Part shown: positions 24,337 through 36,136 of the stretch, one piece after another
How positions within the stretch are numbered: position 1 is the first letter of the stretch
Layout of the letters: every line of letters begins with the position of its first letter
Translations under genes and position numbers: made by a program
NCBI GenBank assembly: GCA_003971905.1
Contig: RSEE01000063.1
Coordinates: 248,001-312,000, forward strand
Direction: 5' to 3'
Length of the DNA: 64,000 nucleotides
Source of the DNA: Moniliella sp. 'wahieum'
Lineage: Eukaryota
The notes under the pieces: model-generated
Seen by the model: the letters and a program-made list of their open reading frames with translations, nothing else
The model's database searches: none
What the model was told of the DNA's origin: nothing

Positions 24337-25545
24337 TCACAAGTTGGCCACAAACGACACACCCTTGGAGATGTTGCCGGCCAGATCAGTGACGGCCTGC
24401 TTAATCAGACCGCTCTCGTACTCCGACACCTTGCCCAACGAGTGGATCTTCTCCACACCGTTGGGGCCCAGGGATCGGAACACTAAAGAACTGAGTCTCG
24501 GTGCCAATGACCTCCTGCACCGCCTTGGCGCCCGTAGGCTCCGAAGCCAAGTCCACAAACGAGTACTCCACCTTGGTGGTCTTACCCGCCGCTGCGTCCA
24601 GCACAGCCAGAGCAAAGCGCGCCCCGGCGTAGGCCATCGACAGCGTTGCACTACCCCCACCGTTCTTGGCCTTGACCACTTCGTCACCGCCAAACTGGAT
24701 GCGGTTCGTCAGAGCCTCAATCTTGGCTTGGTCGACCGACTGGAAATGATGCGGCGTTAGCGTGCTGCAAGCAGAGGGAAAGGAAGAGGGGAACGTACAA
24801 TGCTGGGTGTCGTCTGGCTGAGGAGGGGGACGATGGTCAGGCCCGAGTGGCCACCAATGACCGGCACTGAGTAGCTGCTGGCCTCCTGAGGCTTCCCTGC
24901 CGCCTCCGAGACAAAGGTGCTGGCGCGCACCACGTCGAGAGTAGTGACACCAAAGAGGCGTTTGGGGTCGTACACGCCCTTCTTCTTGAGCGTCTCGGCA
25001 AACACGGGGACAGTCGAGTTGACCGGGTTGGAGATGACCAGGACAAACGCCTTGGGCGCCGCAGTGGCAATGCCCTCGGCAATGCCCGCGCAAATCTTGG
25101 CATTCACATTGAACAGATCGTCACGAGTCATGCCCGGCTTGCGCGGCACGCCGGCAGGAATCACGACGATGTCAGCCCCCTTGAGCGCGGCAAGCAGCCC
25201 ATCGTTCTCAGGCAAAAAGCCCTGCACAGTAGAGGCCGTGTCAATGTGCGACAAGTCGGCAGCGACGCCAGGTGCGTTAACCACGTCGTACAGCGACAAC
25301 TCGGTGATGGCGCTCGAGTTCTTCAGCAACAGCGAGAGCGGCTGACCTGCGCGTCCATCATGCCACGTCAGTATTCCATCTTGTTACCAGCAGGGAGGGA
25401 GGGGGGTTAGGCATGAGGCAGAGATGCCCGGCACGTACCGATTCCGCCAGCGGCACCACTAGATGGGAGGCGAAGACACAGTCAGGCTTGGGTCCAGGCA
25501 GTCGGGCGCAGGGGGGAGCACGTACATAACGACAGCCTTGACCAT
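24337..25545 (-). CDS. MDH: NAD malate dehydrogenase without a mitochondrial presequence; several introns
   Basis: [97 protein letters not shown], ending [12 protein letters not shown]. Confidence 0.95.
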
Positions 25546-27347
25546 GGTGGGAGAGTAGAGGTGTGGGGGAGGCGGGGACGGTGGTGGACGCGGGTGGGGG
25601 TGGGGGGGTGGGGGCGAAGAGACACCCTGCGGACGGGTGGGCGTTGTATTTATGCGCGTCGGCAGCTGGCTGGGCCTGAGCCACTGCTGGCCCCCATCCG
25701 GGCCGACCGGGTGGCTGGCGTGGACGGGGCCGAACCCTACTGCGTGCGCGGGATAACGGCGCTGGGCGGTGACGCGGCAAGGCGACGTGGGAGGCAGCGT
25801 GTGTGCCGCCCGAGGCCCGTGCACACCCACACCCGCAGCGCAGGCGCAGCACCGCGGGACTGTCCGCACCTGCGCCCAACGCACACGCCCCACGCCTCCC
25901 CGCCGGCACCGCGCGACGATGATGTGTGGCCGCTGATCAATCCGTCGTGGCTGCCATCCTTCCGCCCCAGCGAGCGGCTCCAGCCCCGTTGTCCCTCGGT
26001 TTAAGGCCGCAGCACCCCAGCCCTTTGCGGCTCCGCCCTGCCTCGCCCGCCCGCCTGCGCCTCGCCTCCGTCCCCCCTCAAGCTCCACACTACAAATCAT
26101 CACCTGCTCCTCCTAACCCCCTCCAACCCTTCCTAACCCCTACACCCACTGTCACTACCACCACCGTCCATCTTCGTGCCCCGGCCATCCGCATTCGTCT
26201 CCTGCGCTCGTTCCGCCGCCCCAGACCGGGCACGCACAACCTCGTCGGGCCCGTCCGGAACGGCATGGCGGGGCAACCCGGGATGCGGCGGCCCGGGCGG
26301 CCCGGGCCCAGCGGCCTGAGCTCCGCCCGCACTGGGCCACTCTTTGCTTTTCACATGTCACACCGCACCAATCTATGGCTGATGCATTGCTGACTACGCG
26401 GACGCTCGGGTCCAGTCTTGGCCTCCCCCGGAACCCATCTTCCTCTCCCCCCGCGACCCACAAAGCCTTGCCGATCCACTGCATCCCGCGTCCGCCCGCC
26501 CGTCGTGTCCGGTCGTGCGCGCTACCCGGGCGCGGCTGCACTCCAGCCCGGACCCCCGGCGCTCCCGGGACGCGACTGTCCGAGGCCTGGTGCTTTCACC
26601 AAAAAGTGGCACGTCACCGTCACATTTATATGTTGCCCACATGACTATCTGCATGACCCGCCTGAGTATAACGATGCCACTCCCCGCGTCATTCCATCTT
26701 ACTGCGTTGGTCACGATTGTGTCTTCTCGCTGCAGGTCCTGCATCTGCCGCACCAGTTCAAGCCACAGGCGGTTTACTTGTTGCGATGCGATAGGCTACA
26801 TGGGCGTCAGCACATTTGGCATTTGGAATAGGGAGTGCACGAGTGCACCTCAAACTGAGGCCTGCGGGCCTCAGAGCCTTAGGCGGCTCAGACCTCTTGT
26901 GGCTCGTGCAGTGCGGAAAGAATATATGCAGGGCGTGGTTCCGAGAAGAGAGGCACAGGAGAAAAGCCATGAGCGCGAGATCTGGCAAGGGACTGACCGG
27001 TGGATTGTGACACGTGTTGAGCGGCACGTGATTAATGATCAACTGAAGTTGAAATGATCTGGAATTGAAACGGAAGACGGAGAACCGATAACACGATAGC
27101 GCTATTGGTCGTTCTTAAAGCTTAATCCTTGTTCGGCTTGAACGTCTTGAACGTTCAACCATTCACATGCCACACGTCACGTGCGTTCCACTGATGACAT
27201 CATGCATGATCATGCCCACTCCGAGTCACGTATGCAGCCTTTACTTGGTCCAGCCACCTCGAGGCCCAGTCCTCGCCCGCGCGAATAAACGAGGAGCTGT
27301 CGCCGCCTGTTAGTGTACCCCTCGGTATCGCTCACCCCCCCTCGCCT

Positions 27348-28332
27348 ATGCCCAAGACTGTGTATCTCTGCCGCCACGGCCAGGCTGAGCATGTACGTGT
27401 TTTGTCTCATCCCCCCCCATCTCACTGTTGCGGCGCTTTTTGTTTTTGACACCCCTATCCATCGGGCTTGGGTGGTGTGGCTGCGCTTCCTGCGCAACCC
27501 AGCTCGCCGCGCTCGTCTCCATCTATGTCATTTTCCCCAGAACGTAGCCAATGACTTGTCCATTTTCGACCCTCCTCTCACCAAACTCGGTGAGATGCAA
27601 TGTGATCGCGTAGCCAACGACCCGAAAGCCGACCGTGTGCGCCGTCACATCCAGCTCATCGCCAGCAGCCCGCTCAAGCGCACACTTCAAACCACCCTCC
27701 TCGCGTGGCCTCAGCCCATTGCGCGTCTTGGTGGCCCTCAATCCCTCTACGTCGTCCTCCCCCAGCTACAAGAATGTGGATCCCAGCCATGCGACACGGG
27801 CTCCTCCCGCTCCCTCCTCGACGCCGACCCGGACCTTCCGCCGCTCGACCTAAGTCACTTGACACCAGGGTGGAACGAGAAGGAGGGCCTGTACGCTGTG
27901 GACCGGTCGGCGTTCGAAGCTCGTGCGGCCTCGGTACGGGCATGGATCAAGACCCGCCCTGAGGACACCTTCCTCCTTGTCAGCCACTTCAACTTTCTCA
28001 ACATCCTCACCAACACCAAGACCGGCTGGGCCAATACCGAAGTCCAGGAATGGCAACTCGATCCGGCCTCCCCGCTCCCTGATCCGCCACTCACCTTTGT
28101 CAGCCGAATCACCAGAGATGGCTCGTTTGTCGGTACCGCTCGTGACCCTGCGCTTGTCGCGCCCCAGCCGCCACCCGCCCTGCCTTCCACGGCCCTGACG
28201 GACTTGGTGCCGCCCGTGGACTCGTTTGGCTTGGACAAGAAACACAACCTTGATTTGGTTCTAGAGGACTCGCTGGTCGCGGTAGAGGGGAGGATAAACG
28301 CGCCCACCATCGGAGTCGAGGTGCAGGAGTAG
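27348..28332 (+). CDS. Histidine phosphatase / phosphoglycerate mutase family protein; intron 27393-27540
   Basis: MPKTVYLCRHGQAEH|NVAND after splicing, DPPLTKLG, SSPLKRTLQT, LQECGSQPCDTGS, LVSH, WANTE. Confidence 0.88.
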
Positions 28333-30604
28333 ACTGCATGACGTTGATACTCACTCGGTGGTAGTGGAGAAGCACACGAAGAAAGTGCATCTCTCCCACT
28401 TTGGCTGATTCCACCCTTTTTCGCCCACCCTTCTGCCTCGGGTTGCCCTTAACATCCTCTGCCCCATCTGGGTGCCCTGGCTCTTGGGCCGCATCACTCG
28501 GGGTTGGAAACGACGGATTTCTCAATATCCGATTCAGCTGCTTCGCCTGTTGACCTCCTGGAGAAATGAGGGCAAGGCGCCAGTACTGTGAGTCAAGTGG
28601 ATCGTGTTGTCCGTAGGCGGTGGGCCTCCTGTCCTCCTGTCCTCCTGTCCTCCTTTCTGGAGACTAGGATGCACGCGCCTCGCTACCCCATGTGCTCACC
28701 GTTGCACTTCAACTGAAAGTTCGCCTCGTGTGCATCGGCTTCCACACGGCCGAGATGTCCCACCCTTGTGTCCGGGCTGTGGCATTACCTTCATTTCACC
28801 AAGTGCCTCGTCACCAGCACTGGTGCAGTGCTTGGTTCTTCGGCTTCCTATAGGGTAGTCCCTGCTGCCACAATCTATTTGTGTCAATCGTGTCTTCATC
28901 TAATGGTCTGCTTTGAAGCTTGAAGCTTGAAGCTTCATAGAGATCTTTTTGATTCAGTCACCAGTCACCAGAGAGGACGGAACCCCCTGCGAGCTCGTGA
29001 TGCATAACGTCATGTCTCCTAGAAATTCTATCGGACAGCAAAGCTGTGAATGCGGTGGTGGTTCAACGACAGGTGGGACTAGGCCCAGGAGAGAAAAGAA
29101 CGAGAGAGAGGGATCGTGAAGTCGGGCACAAGACCAGTCTGGGGCCCGATCGAGCTTCAACGTTCAACAGCTGGTTCGGCGCATCCATATGCTTCCACCG
29201 AAACATGTATCCTCCGAGCATCGATCATCGATCATCACATGCACCACATGTCACATGTCACATGCGTCACCCCAACCGTCGTCTCTCCGGCCCGGGCCAC
29301 ACCAGTGCCACACCAGCCTGCCACACACTCGCCACTCAGAAGCGCTCAGAACTCGGAACTACCCACTCGGCACAGCCATGGTGAATTGTCACCACGTCAC
29401 CCTGTCACCACGCTGACACCACATCCCACATGTCCAACTGGTCACGCGGTCACGTGCCACCTGTCACAGGTGTCCTGTGCGTCACATGTCACATGTCTCG
29501 GTCTCTTACGCTTACTGAGTAATAACCACCTACTGAAGAGACTGGAGGTACTAGGTACTAGGCACTGAGGACACTGGCGATACTGCGTACTGACTAGGGA
29601 ATAGTGACTGCCCTCAGGAGTTAGTCACTACTGTCACGAGCCGTGCTGCTCAGCCTGAGCGCTGCTCACGCTGCACGACGTCCAATGTGCTACAGCACCC
29701 ACACCGACAGGGGACCCATGGCGCGTGACGTGACGGAGGAAAGGTACAATTTCGGATAAGGTCCCGAGACCGGGCCCCGGGTACATGGTACATGGCGCAT
29801 GATGCATGAGATCATGAGATCTGAGATCTGAGATCGTAGATCGAGAGACGAATGAGATTCATGATGCATGGATGCATGAAAGGAGAGACGGGACCACGCA
29901 GGGATGTGGTGTTGCATAGCCTGTGTGTGGGAGAAGCCAACGTTGAACGTCGATCAATTTGATCGAACTAGGTCAAGTTGAATATTGAATCAAGTTCCAA
30001 GCTCTCCCAGGCTCTCCCAAGTATCCCATTCCCACCCTGAGCACCCAGGAACAAGACATGGGCGGAAAGGGGGGGGAGACAGCGAGCAACGAGGCGCAGG
30101 GCTGCCAGTGGGAAGTCAAGGAGGGCGACATCTGAGAGAGGAAACAAGAAGGTCGTGGGACGGGAACGAGAATATGAAATGGGAACAGGAACCAAGGAAG
30201 GAATCAAAGCAGGAATCGAATGAGCTCAAAGGGAGCGATATGAGTAGGGGTTCTGAGGATCCACTCAGAGGCCATCTTGGTTGCGCTGCTCAGGTTAGGA
30301 GTAGAGCGCGGGACGAGGATTTCAAGGGCCAGGAGGGCAGAACTGGTGTGCTGAAAGAGAGAGAAAGAAAACAAGAGGTGGCGCCAGGACGGTGGCGAGG
30401 GAAAGGGGTCACCCAACAATTTCTCGTTGTGTTGGGCGCCGGAAGGTCAAAGCGGACAATCAATATAGGACGAGAAGAAGAAAGGTCGGAACCCACTGGT
30501 ACAAGAAACAGAGTGAATACCAGTGGAATGCGACGGCATCGTAAAACTGTAGGCCGGCCCTGTGCTGGCGCAGGTCCGATTGGGATAGAAAAGGGTAGGC
30601 CCTA

Positions 30605-31594
30605 TTACCCGCTCCGGGTCGAGTGGGACGGATTGGCCGAGTCGAGGAAGGCTGGGTGGTGCAGGCCGCCACGGCGGGATGCACGTCGCGGGGCTCGGGA
30701 AATGGTACGGATCGGCACTGTTCCCGATCCCGAGGAGCTGGACGTTCCAGAGGACTGGGAAGCTTTTCCTGCAGCAAGCTGATGGCCAGAGATGCGTTTA
30801 CGATGCACCGACGATTGGCACGTTGCGCCAATACCAAGGCGAACGCACCGTGCACATGGTCGTGCATCGTCACAGCCTTTGGAAGAGCGTTGGCAAGATA
30901 AGCAGGCGTTACGCACTTGCTTGCGTTTCTTGCGCACCTGCGGCTTGGCACCGTCGCGATTCCCTTCCACGGGGAGGAGGAGGAGCCGATGGGATCGTTG
31001 GGATGACTGGGAACAGGCTGGGTGGACGGTACGAGAGCAGAAGGGGAAGGGGGCGGCGGCTCAGTAGTTCCTTCTTTTCCGCTGCGCTTCTCTGACATCT
31101 CTCCAGCTCCTCCGGCTTGCCAGTACGGAAAAATAGACGAATCCTCCTTCAACCAGTGCAGCATCTTCTGGTTGCGGATCAGGCGCACCGAGCCCCCCAA
31201 AGGATGATGTTCCAATTCCCTTCGCGCATGGGGCTGCCGAGAAAAAGAATTAGAGCCCGTCAGCTCGGAAGGGTCCATGGGGCTGGTACAATCCAAGGGT
31301 GTGGACCCAGCGGCCGTGCCAGGGATGGAAGCACGGTAGGCGATCGAAGGTTGACTGAGGATTGGAGCAGAGGCCAGCGCCGGGGACGATAGCCGGCCCC
31401 GATTCTCCAGCCAGCGAGCTTGGCTTGGCTCCCACGGAATGGAACGATAAGGGGGAGCGGGAGGGTCGCCTGAGAAAGGGAGGGGATGGCCCGGCGGGCG
31501 GAGAGAGATGTGTTGAGGAAGTGTGCCGGGGAAAGGGGTCGTTGATGTGGATAGAAGGCTGGAAGAAACGGGAGCTGGTCGAATTGGCGCTCAT
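30605..31594 (-). CDS. Zn(II)2Cys6 transcription factor (Rds2/Ert1/Gsm1-like cluster spacing); boundaries uncertain
   Basis: KRKQVRNACLSCQRSSKGCDDARPCARCVRLGIGATC zinc cluster at ~30805-30925. Upstream frameshifted ORFs with a candidate ATG at 31594. Confidence 0.75.
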
Positions 31595-32157
31595 GCCCGA
31601 ACACAAACTGAGACGGTAGGGCTCAACATGGATTTCCCATGCCGGGTCGAGTGAGGTGCGGGTCTGCAGAAACGGAGGGGCAAGGGGGAGACGGGGATGG
31701 GCCGGGGGACTGGAGGAGGGCAACGACGGTGGGGGCTTGGAAAAGGTTGCAAGGTGCCTGGGATACCCCTGAAGGTGGCCCGTTTGTCCACTACAGCCTG
31801 CTCTGTGCCGGGGGAGATGTGCATGGCAGGGCCCAGCCGGTAGAGGCGGCGTGTCGAGGTGCGGAGAGGGAGATGGTGATGACGGGGGTGGGGATGCTGC
31901 TGCGGCAGAGGCAGGTGGCGGTGGCGGGTGGGTGTGAAGCCTACCGACGTGCCGGAGGCGTGCGGAGGATGCGACCCAAGGAACGGGGACGGTGGATGGT
32001 GCGGAACACGCACGCCACAGGCGGCTGCTCAACCGTGCAACCGAACGTTCAACCCAACCTCAGCCTCGGCCGCACCTCAGCCTGAGGCCTGAAGCTCAGG
32101 CGAGAGCTGCTGGGAGCGGTGCCGCAACTATGTACATCCTCGGCGCCATCTTCGCTG

Positions 32158-32210
32158 CCAGAGCCAGAAGCCTCCAGAGCCAGAAGCCTCCACAGCCAGA
32201 AGCCGCCAGA
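32158..32210 (+). repeat. 16-bp tandem repeat (ccagagccagaagcct) x~3
   Basis: ccagagccagaagcctccagagccagaagcctccacagccagaagccg read directly. Confidence 0.7.
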
Positions 32211-34546
32211 GCAGCCAGGGCAGCCAGAGCCTGCCCACTGCGCCACCCGCCCTCTCCGATGCAGGCACACACCGGATGTCTCACAGCGCATAGCACCTGC
32301 GCCGATCGGAGACGACCCATTCAGAACCGGGGAGCCGCGCGGCACAGCGGCACTGCTGAGCATTAGGACGGTGCCTACGCCGTTGCCCTGTTGCATGCTG
32401 CAGTTACAGTGGTTGTCCCTTCGGCCTTAAGAGCCTAAGCTTAACGCGCGAACGCCGAACGTCACCCGTCATGCGTCACCCGTCAAGCTATCGTTACAAC
32501 TACGTACGTTCACCGTTAGAAAGTTTACCGCTTCAGAGCGGTAGCCGGTAATATAACCGGTAGCCAGTACAGTTGGTAGCCAGTAACCATAAGAAACTAG
32601 TTTCGGCCAGTATAAATAGAACCGGTAACTAGTAACTGGTAACCGGTAACCGGTAATCGACCGGTTATGCCTTGCGCCTTATTGGGTAACTGGATGCTTG
32701 GCACTTGGACGTGCGCTGCCACCTTCGCATGAGCCGCTGCCTCATGCGGCCTGCGGGTGCTCGGGTGCGGATGGCCGATGATCTATCCATGATCAATGAT
32801 GTATGATGCAATGGCCTGCGATGCCAGGCGCACTCGGTCACTCTGTGGGTCGGTGATCATATATCACCATGTCCTTGTCACATGTCACCTTTCAGATCTC
32901 AGATCTGAATCTCACATCTCCACAGGTCACAAGTCACAACCACATCACATGCATCATACGAGGTACTGAGGTTCTGAGTACTCTAACTCCGTGCTGACTA
33001 TACAACTGTCCATTATTAGGTCAACCACGTGCCGCTCTTGCGTTCCTGATTGGTCCGACCAGCCTGACGAAACTAGATCCTGACCGCCAGACTTTTGGCG
33101 TATATGTATGACCAATTTCTCTCGTTACGCCGTACGCGTTTTATTCTGCGGTATACGCGCTACGCACTGCGTTTGTGCTCCGAGGTAGCACAGACAGGCT
33201 GTATCATTATGACTGTGGCCAGTGTAACTATATAGCAAAGAGTATCCCCCCCTGAAAGCTTCAAGGTCGTGATTGTTGGTGTGGTGCGGCTAGGACATAC
33301 CCCGACGTGATGACCGGTGGTTAACGTTCAACGTTCTCGTGTGGATAATGCGCATCTGTATTTGATCGTGATCTTGCTACAGTTGTGTGCTTCCCATACG
33401 GCGTATGCTTCTGTGCCTGTGCCATTGAAGACAGATGCGCCTGGAAGTACGAAGGCCTGACACAGAAGAAAAGAGGCAAAAGCGTGTGTGTATTTTTGCT
33501 GTTTCGCCAGACGAGAGAGTGGGCACTTCCGTTCCCGGATCTATCCCTATTCTTTCCACAAAACCACACTCACATGTGACAATCGAGATCCCCGGTCCCT
33601 TTTCCCCCTGAGTGTGGCAATTGTGCGGGTACGCGGTAAAACAGCGGTATTCAGCACTGGTGGGTAACACACATACATATTTGACAGAGCTGTTGGTACT
33701 TTATCGGTTCTCCGTACTTCATTATACCAAAAGGTGTAAGCCGCGCGCCATAGACTCTCTTGGCCCGACTCAGGATCAGGAACGGATACATGCACACATT
33801 CCCACTGTGGCATCGCACAGGTTATACAATGTATAGTGTTGGTGCGCAGCTGTCATTATATGACGTGAGATGCACGACGCATGAGATGCATCCGTGTATC
33901 TGGCCTGGGTAGATCCCGAGAGAGTATAATATAGACTGTGTCCATGAGAAGCCCAGCGCAAGCTCGTTAGCGCGGTGTGCCTGAGCACAACGTGATAGAT
34001 ACGAAAAGTTCTTCTGATTCGGCGCGTGTCTCCGGTGGGTGCGGTCGGTACGCGCCAATAACATGCAAAAGGTTGAATAAACCCCACAGCCTATAGGACA
34101 GCAAGACGGACCGGGCGAGGTGGAATATCACACGTAACCGTCACGCGTCGCCTGTCACATGTCACATGCCACATGTCACAGTGATTGCTGATCAAAGACA
34201 ATATCTCTTGCTGCCTGCGACCGTCACACATGTGTGCATCCTGCGTACCACCACACGACGAACCAGCGAAGGGCAGCGATCGCAAGCCGAAATTTGATCC
34301 CTGATTGTACTTGAAGAGCTTGAAGCCGGTATATGCTACAGTGACCAGGAGTGCTATAGTGATTAGTGACAGTGACTAGCTTGACTAGCTGATTCGGAGA
34401 CCCAACAACTCGGTTCCGATAATCGGTGCTGGGCAGTGGCGCGGCAGTGGCGTGTGACGGTCAGGTGGCTGGGGAACAAACGGACGTGAGAAATATTGGC
34501 TCGTTGCACACCAATGGAAATACTGAGATGCCGTGGGGGCTTCCCA

Positions 34547-34757
34547 TGTTGACCACCAGTGGTCTAGAGCCCATCGGCCTTCAGTGACACGTGGCCCGAT
34601 CCACACAGTGCACCGGGGCAGTGAGTTCCGACCCTTCCACGGGTTTCCACTGGCCTCCAGGCCAGGAGCCTATCAAGGCCCATAGCTCTAGCTCTCCTTA
34701 GCTCTTGAATGCCATCTCCATCGACCATCGCCAGCATCGCTAGCTAGGCCTGTGACA
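34547..34757 (+). repeat. 5' LTR (211 bp)
   Basis: tgttgaccacc...gcctgtgaca; no differences from the 3' LTR seen by eye. Confidence 0.95.
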
Positions 34758-34903
34758 GAGTACAATCTGAAGCACCCCACTGGCGCAAAGGATCAATACT
34801 CAGCACCACCATCGGCGCCCACCGTCACCACCACCACCCCAACGCCACCATCGGCACCACACACCAACCAATTCAAAAAAAAACAAAGGAAAAATCAGCC
34901 ACC

Positions 34904-36136
34904 ATGCCCCCCGAACTGGAAGAAAACACCCCTCCTCCCGAAGTCTCTGTCATCGAAGAGGCGCAGGACATCGACGAACCGACCACCACCCCTGTCTCCG
35001 ACCCGACCTGGCAACAGGCCCTCACCGACGTCAGAGACAACCTCCTCGCAAGCACCCGCGCGTTCAAGCCCACCAGCGCTGACAATCTCCGCTCCACATG
35101 CCGCTCGTTCGCTACGGATGCACACACGGCGGCGTATGGACCGAAGAGCAAGAAAACACCGGGCGGAAAGGAAAATTGGATCTACACGCTCACCCTCGCG
35201 TTGGAGAAATATGTATTGGCCGTTGAATTCACGAAGCCGCAAAACACCCGTGAGGCCCTTGCATCCGCGAGTGAGGACATGGCCGAGCTTCGCCACGCTG
35301 AGAAACGCGCGTCAAAAGAGATCGAGCGTACCAACGCGACGCGCAAGGACGCCTTCCGCGACCCCACCGAATATGTGCTCTGGGAGCCCTCCATCCTCAA
35401 CATCCTGGACCGCATCCACCCCGCCGCGAAGGACATCGTTCGCTCCGGTCCATCGTCACCACACTACGACTCGTCCCTCGATCTACGCCTCCAGAACCTT
35501 CTGTGGTCCCACCTCCCGAACGACGTTCAATCTGCCATTATTGCACAGGACAACGTTGACACGTCAGCTGACTTGCTCCGTGCCCTGCGAAACAAATACG
35601 GTACGGTCGACTGCAAGACGTATCATGAATTGTCCAGTCGCTTTCACCACTGCTACCAAAACCGGCGCAGCGGGAGCGCGTTCCTATCTGAAATGGGGAC
35701 GCTCCGCAACCGGATCAGCGCAACCACACCGATGTCGGACGAGCAATTCCGCCGTATCCTCGTCGGGGCCCTCCGCGACCCTGGTGACCGTCGCCGCCTA
35801 GAGCACATGACTCTGGCGGAGACAATGCAAGACGTGGAGAGAATCCCAGCGGACCCAGAGTACAGAATTCCGTACCGGGGCCGTCACCCCCGGACCGCCA
35901 ACTCGGGCGCTGGCAAACACGACAGCGCGGGATCCCAGCAGCATAGCGGGGGTCCTCCTGCCGGTGCATCTCCCCGTAGCGGGGGTGCTCTTGCGAGAAA
36001 GCCGTCCGGCCACACCGGGGTTCCTTCGAACAACAAATGGCACCGCAACAGCTCCGCGCGAGCGCACATTGCCACCGAAGACGACGTCTCCGAAGGGGAG
36101 ACCCTGTCTGTGGACCTTGCCCTATCTGACAAATAG
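34904..36136 (+). CDS. gag: Retrotransposon Gag
   Basis: 410-aa ORF just after the LTR, with copia-gag-like TSADLLRALRNKYG; ends in TAG in frame with the protease. Confidence 0.85.
   Translation: MPPELEENTPPPEVSVIEEAQDIDEPTTTPVSDPTWQQALTDVRDNLLASTRAFKPTSADNLRSTCRSFATDAHTAAYGPKSKKTPGGKENWIYTLTLALEKYVLAVEFTKPQNTREALASASEDMAELRHAEKRASKEIERTNATRKDAFRDPTEYVLWEPSILNILDRIHPAAKDIVRSGPSSPHYDSSLDLRLQNLLWSHLPNDVQSAIIAQDNVDTSADLLRALRNKYGTVDCKTYHELSSRFHHCYQNRRSGSAFLSEMGTLRNRISATTPMSDEQFRRILVGALRDPGDRRRLEHMTLAETMQDVERIPADPEYRIPYRGRHPRTANSGAGKHDSAGSQQHSGGPPAGASPRSGGALARKPSGHTGVPSNNKWHRNSSARAHIATEDDVSEGETLSVDLALSDK

Noticed and set aside
1..25545. IDH1/IDH2/TRR1/thioredoxin/MDH as a metabolic gene cluster
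   Set aside because: They are interspersed with unrelated genes; only the IDH pair shows a specific arrangement.
29985..30782. 265-aa plus-strand ORF and other long GC-rich antisense ORFs
   Set aside because: They are shadow frames of real genes or low-complexity sequence with non-ATG starts.
33320..34090. Possible Cys-rich spliced gene
   Set aside because: Splice-like signals are present but give no coherent model.
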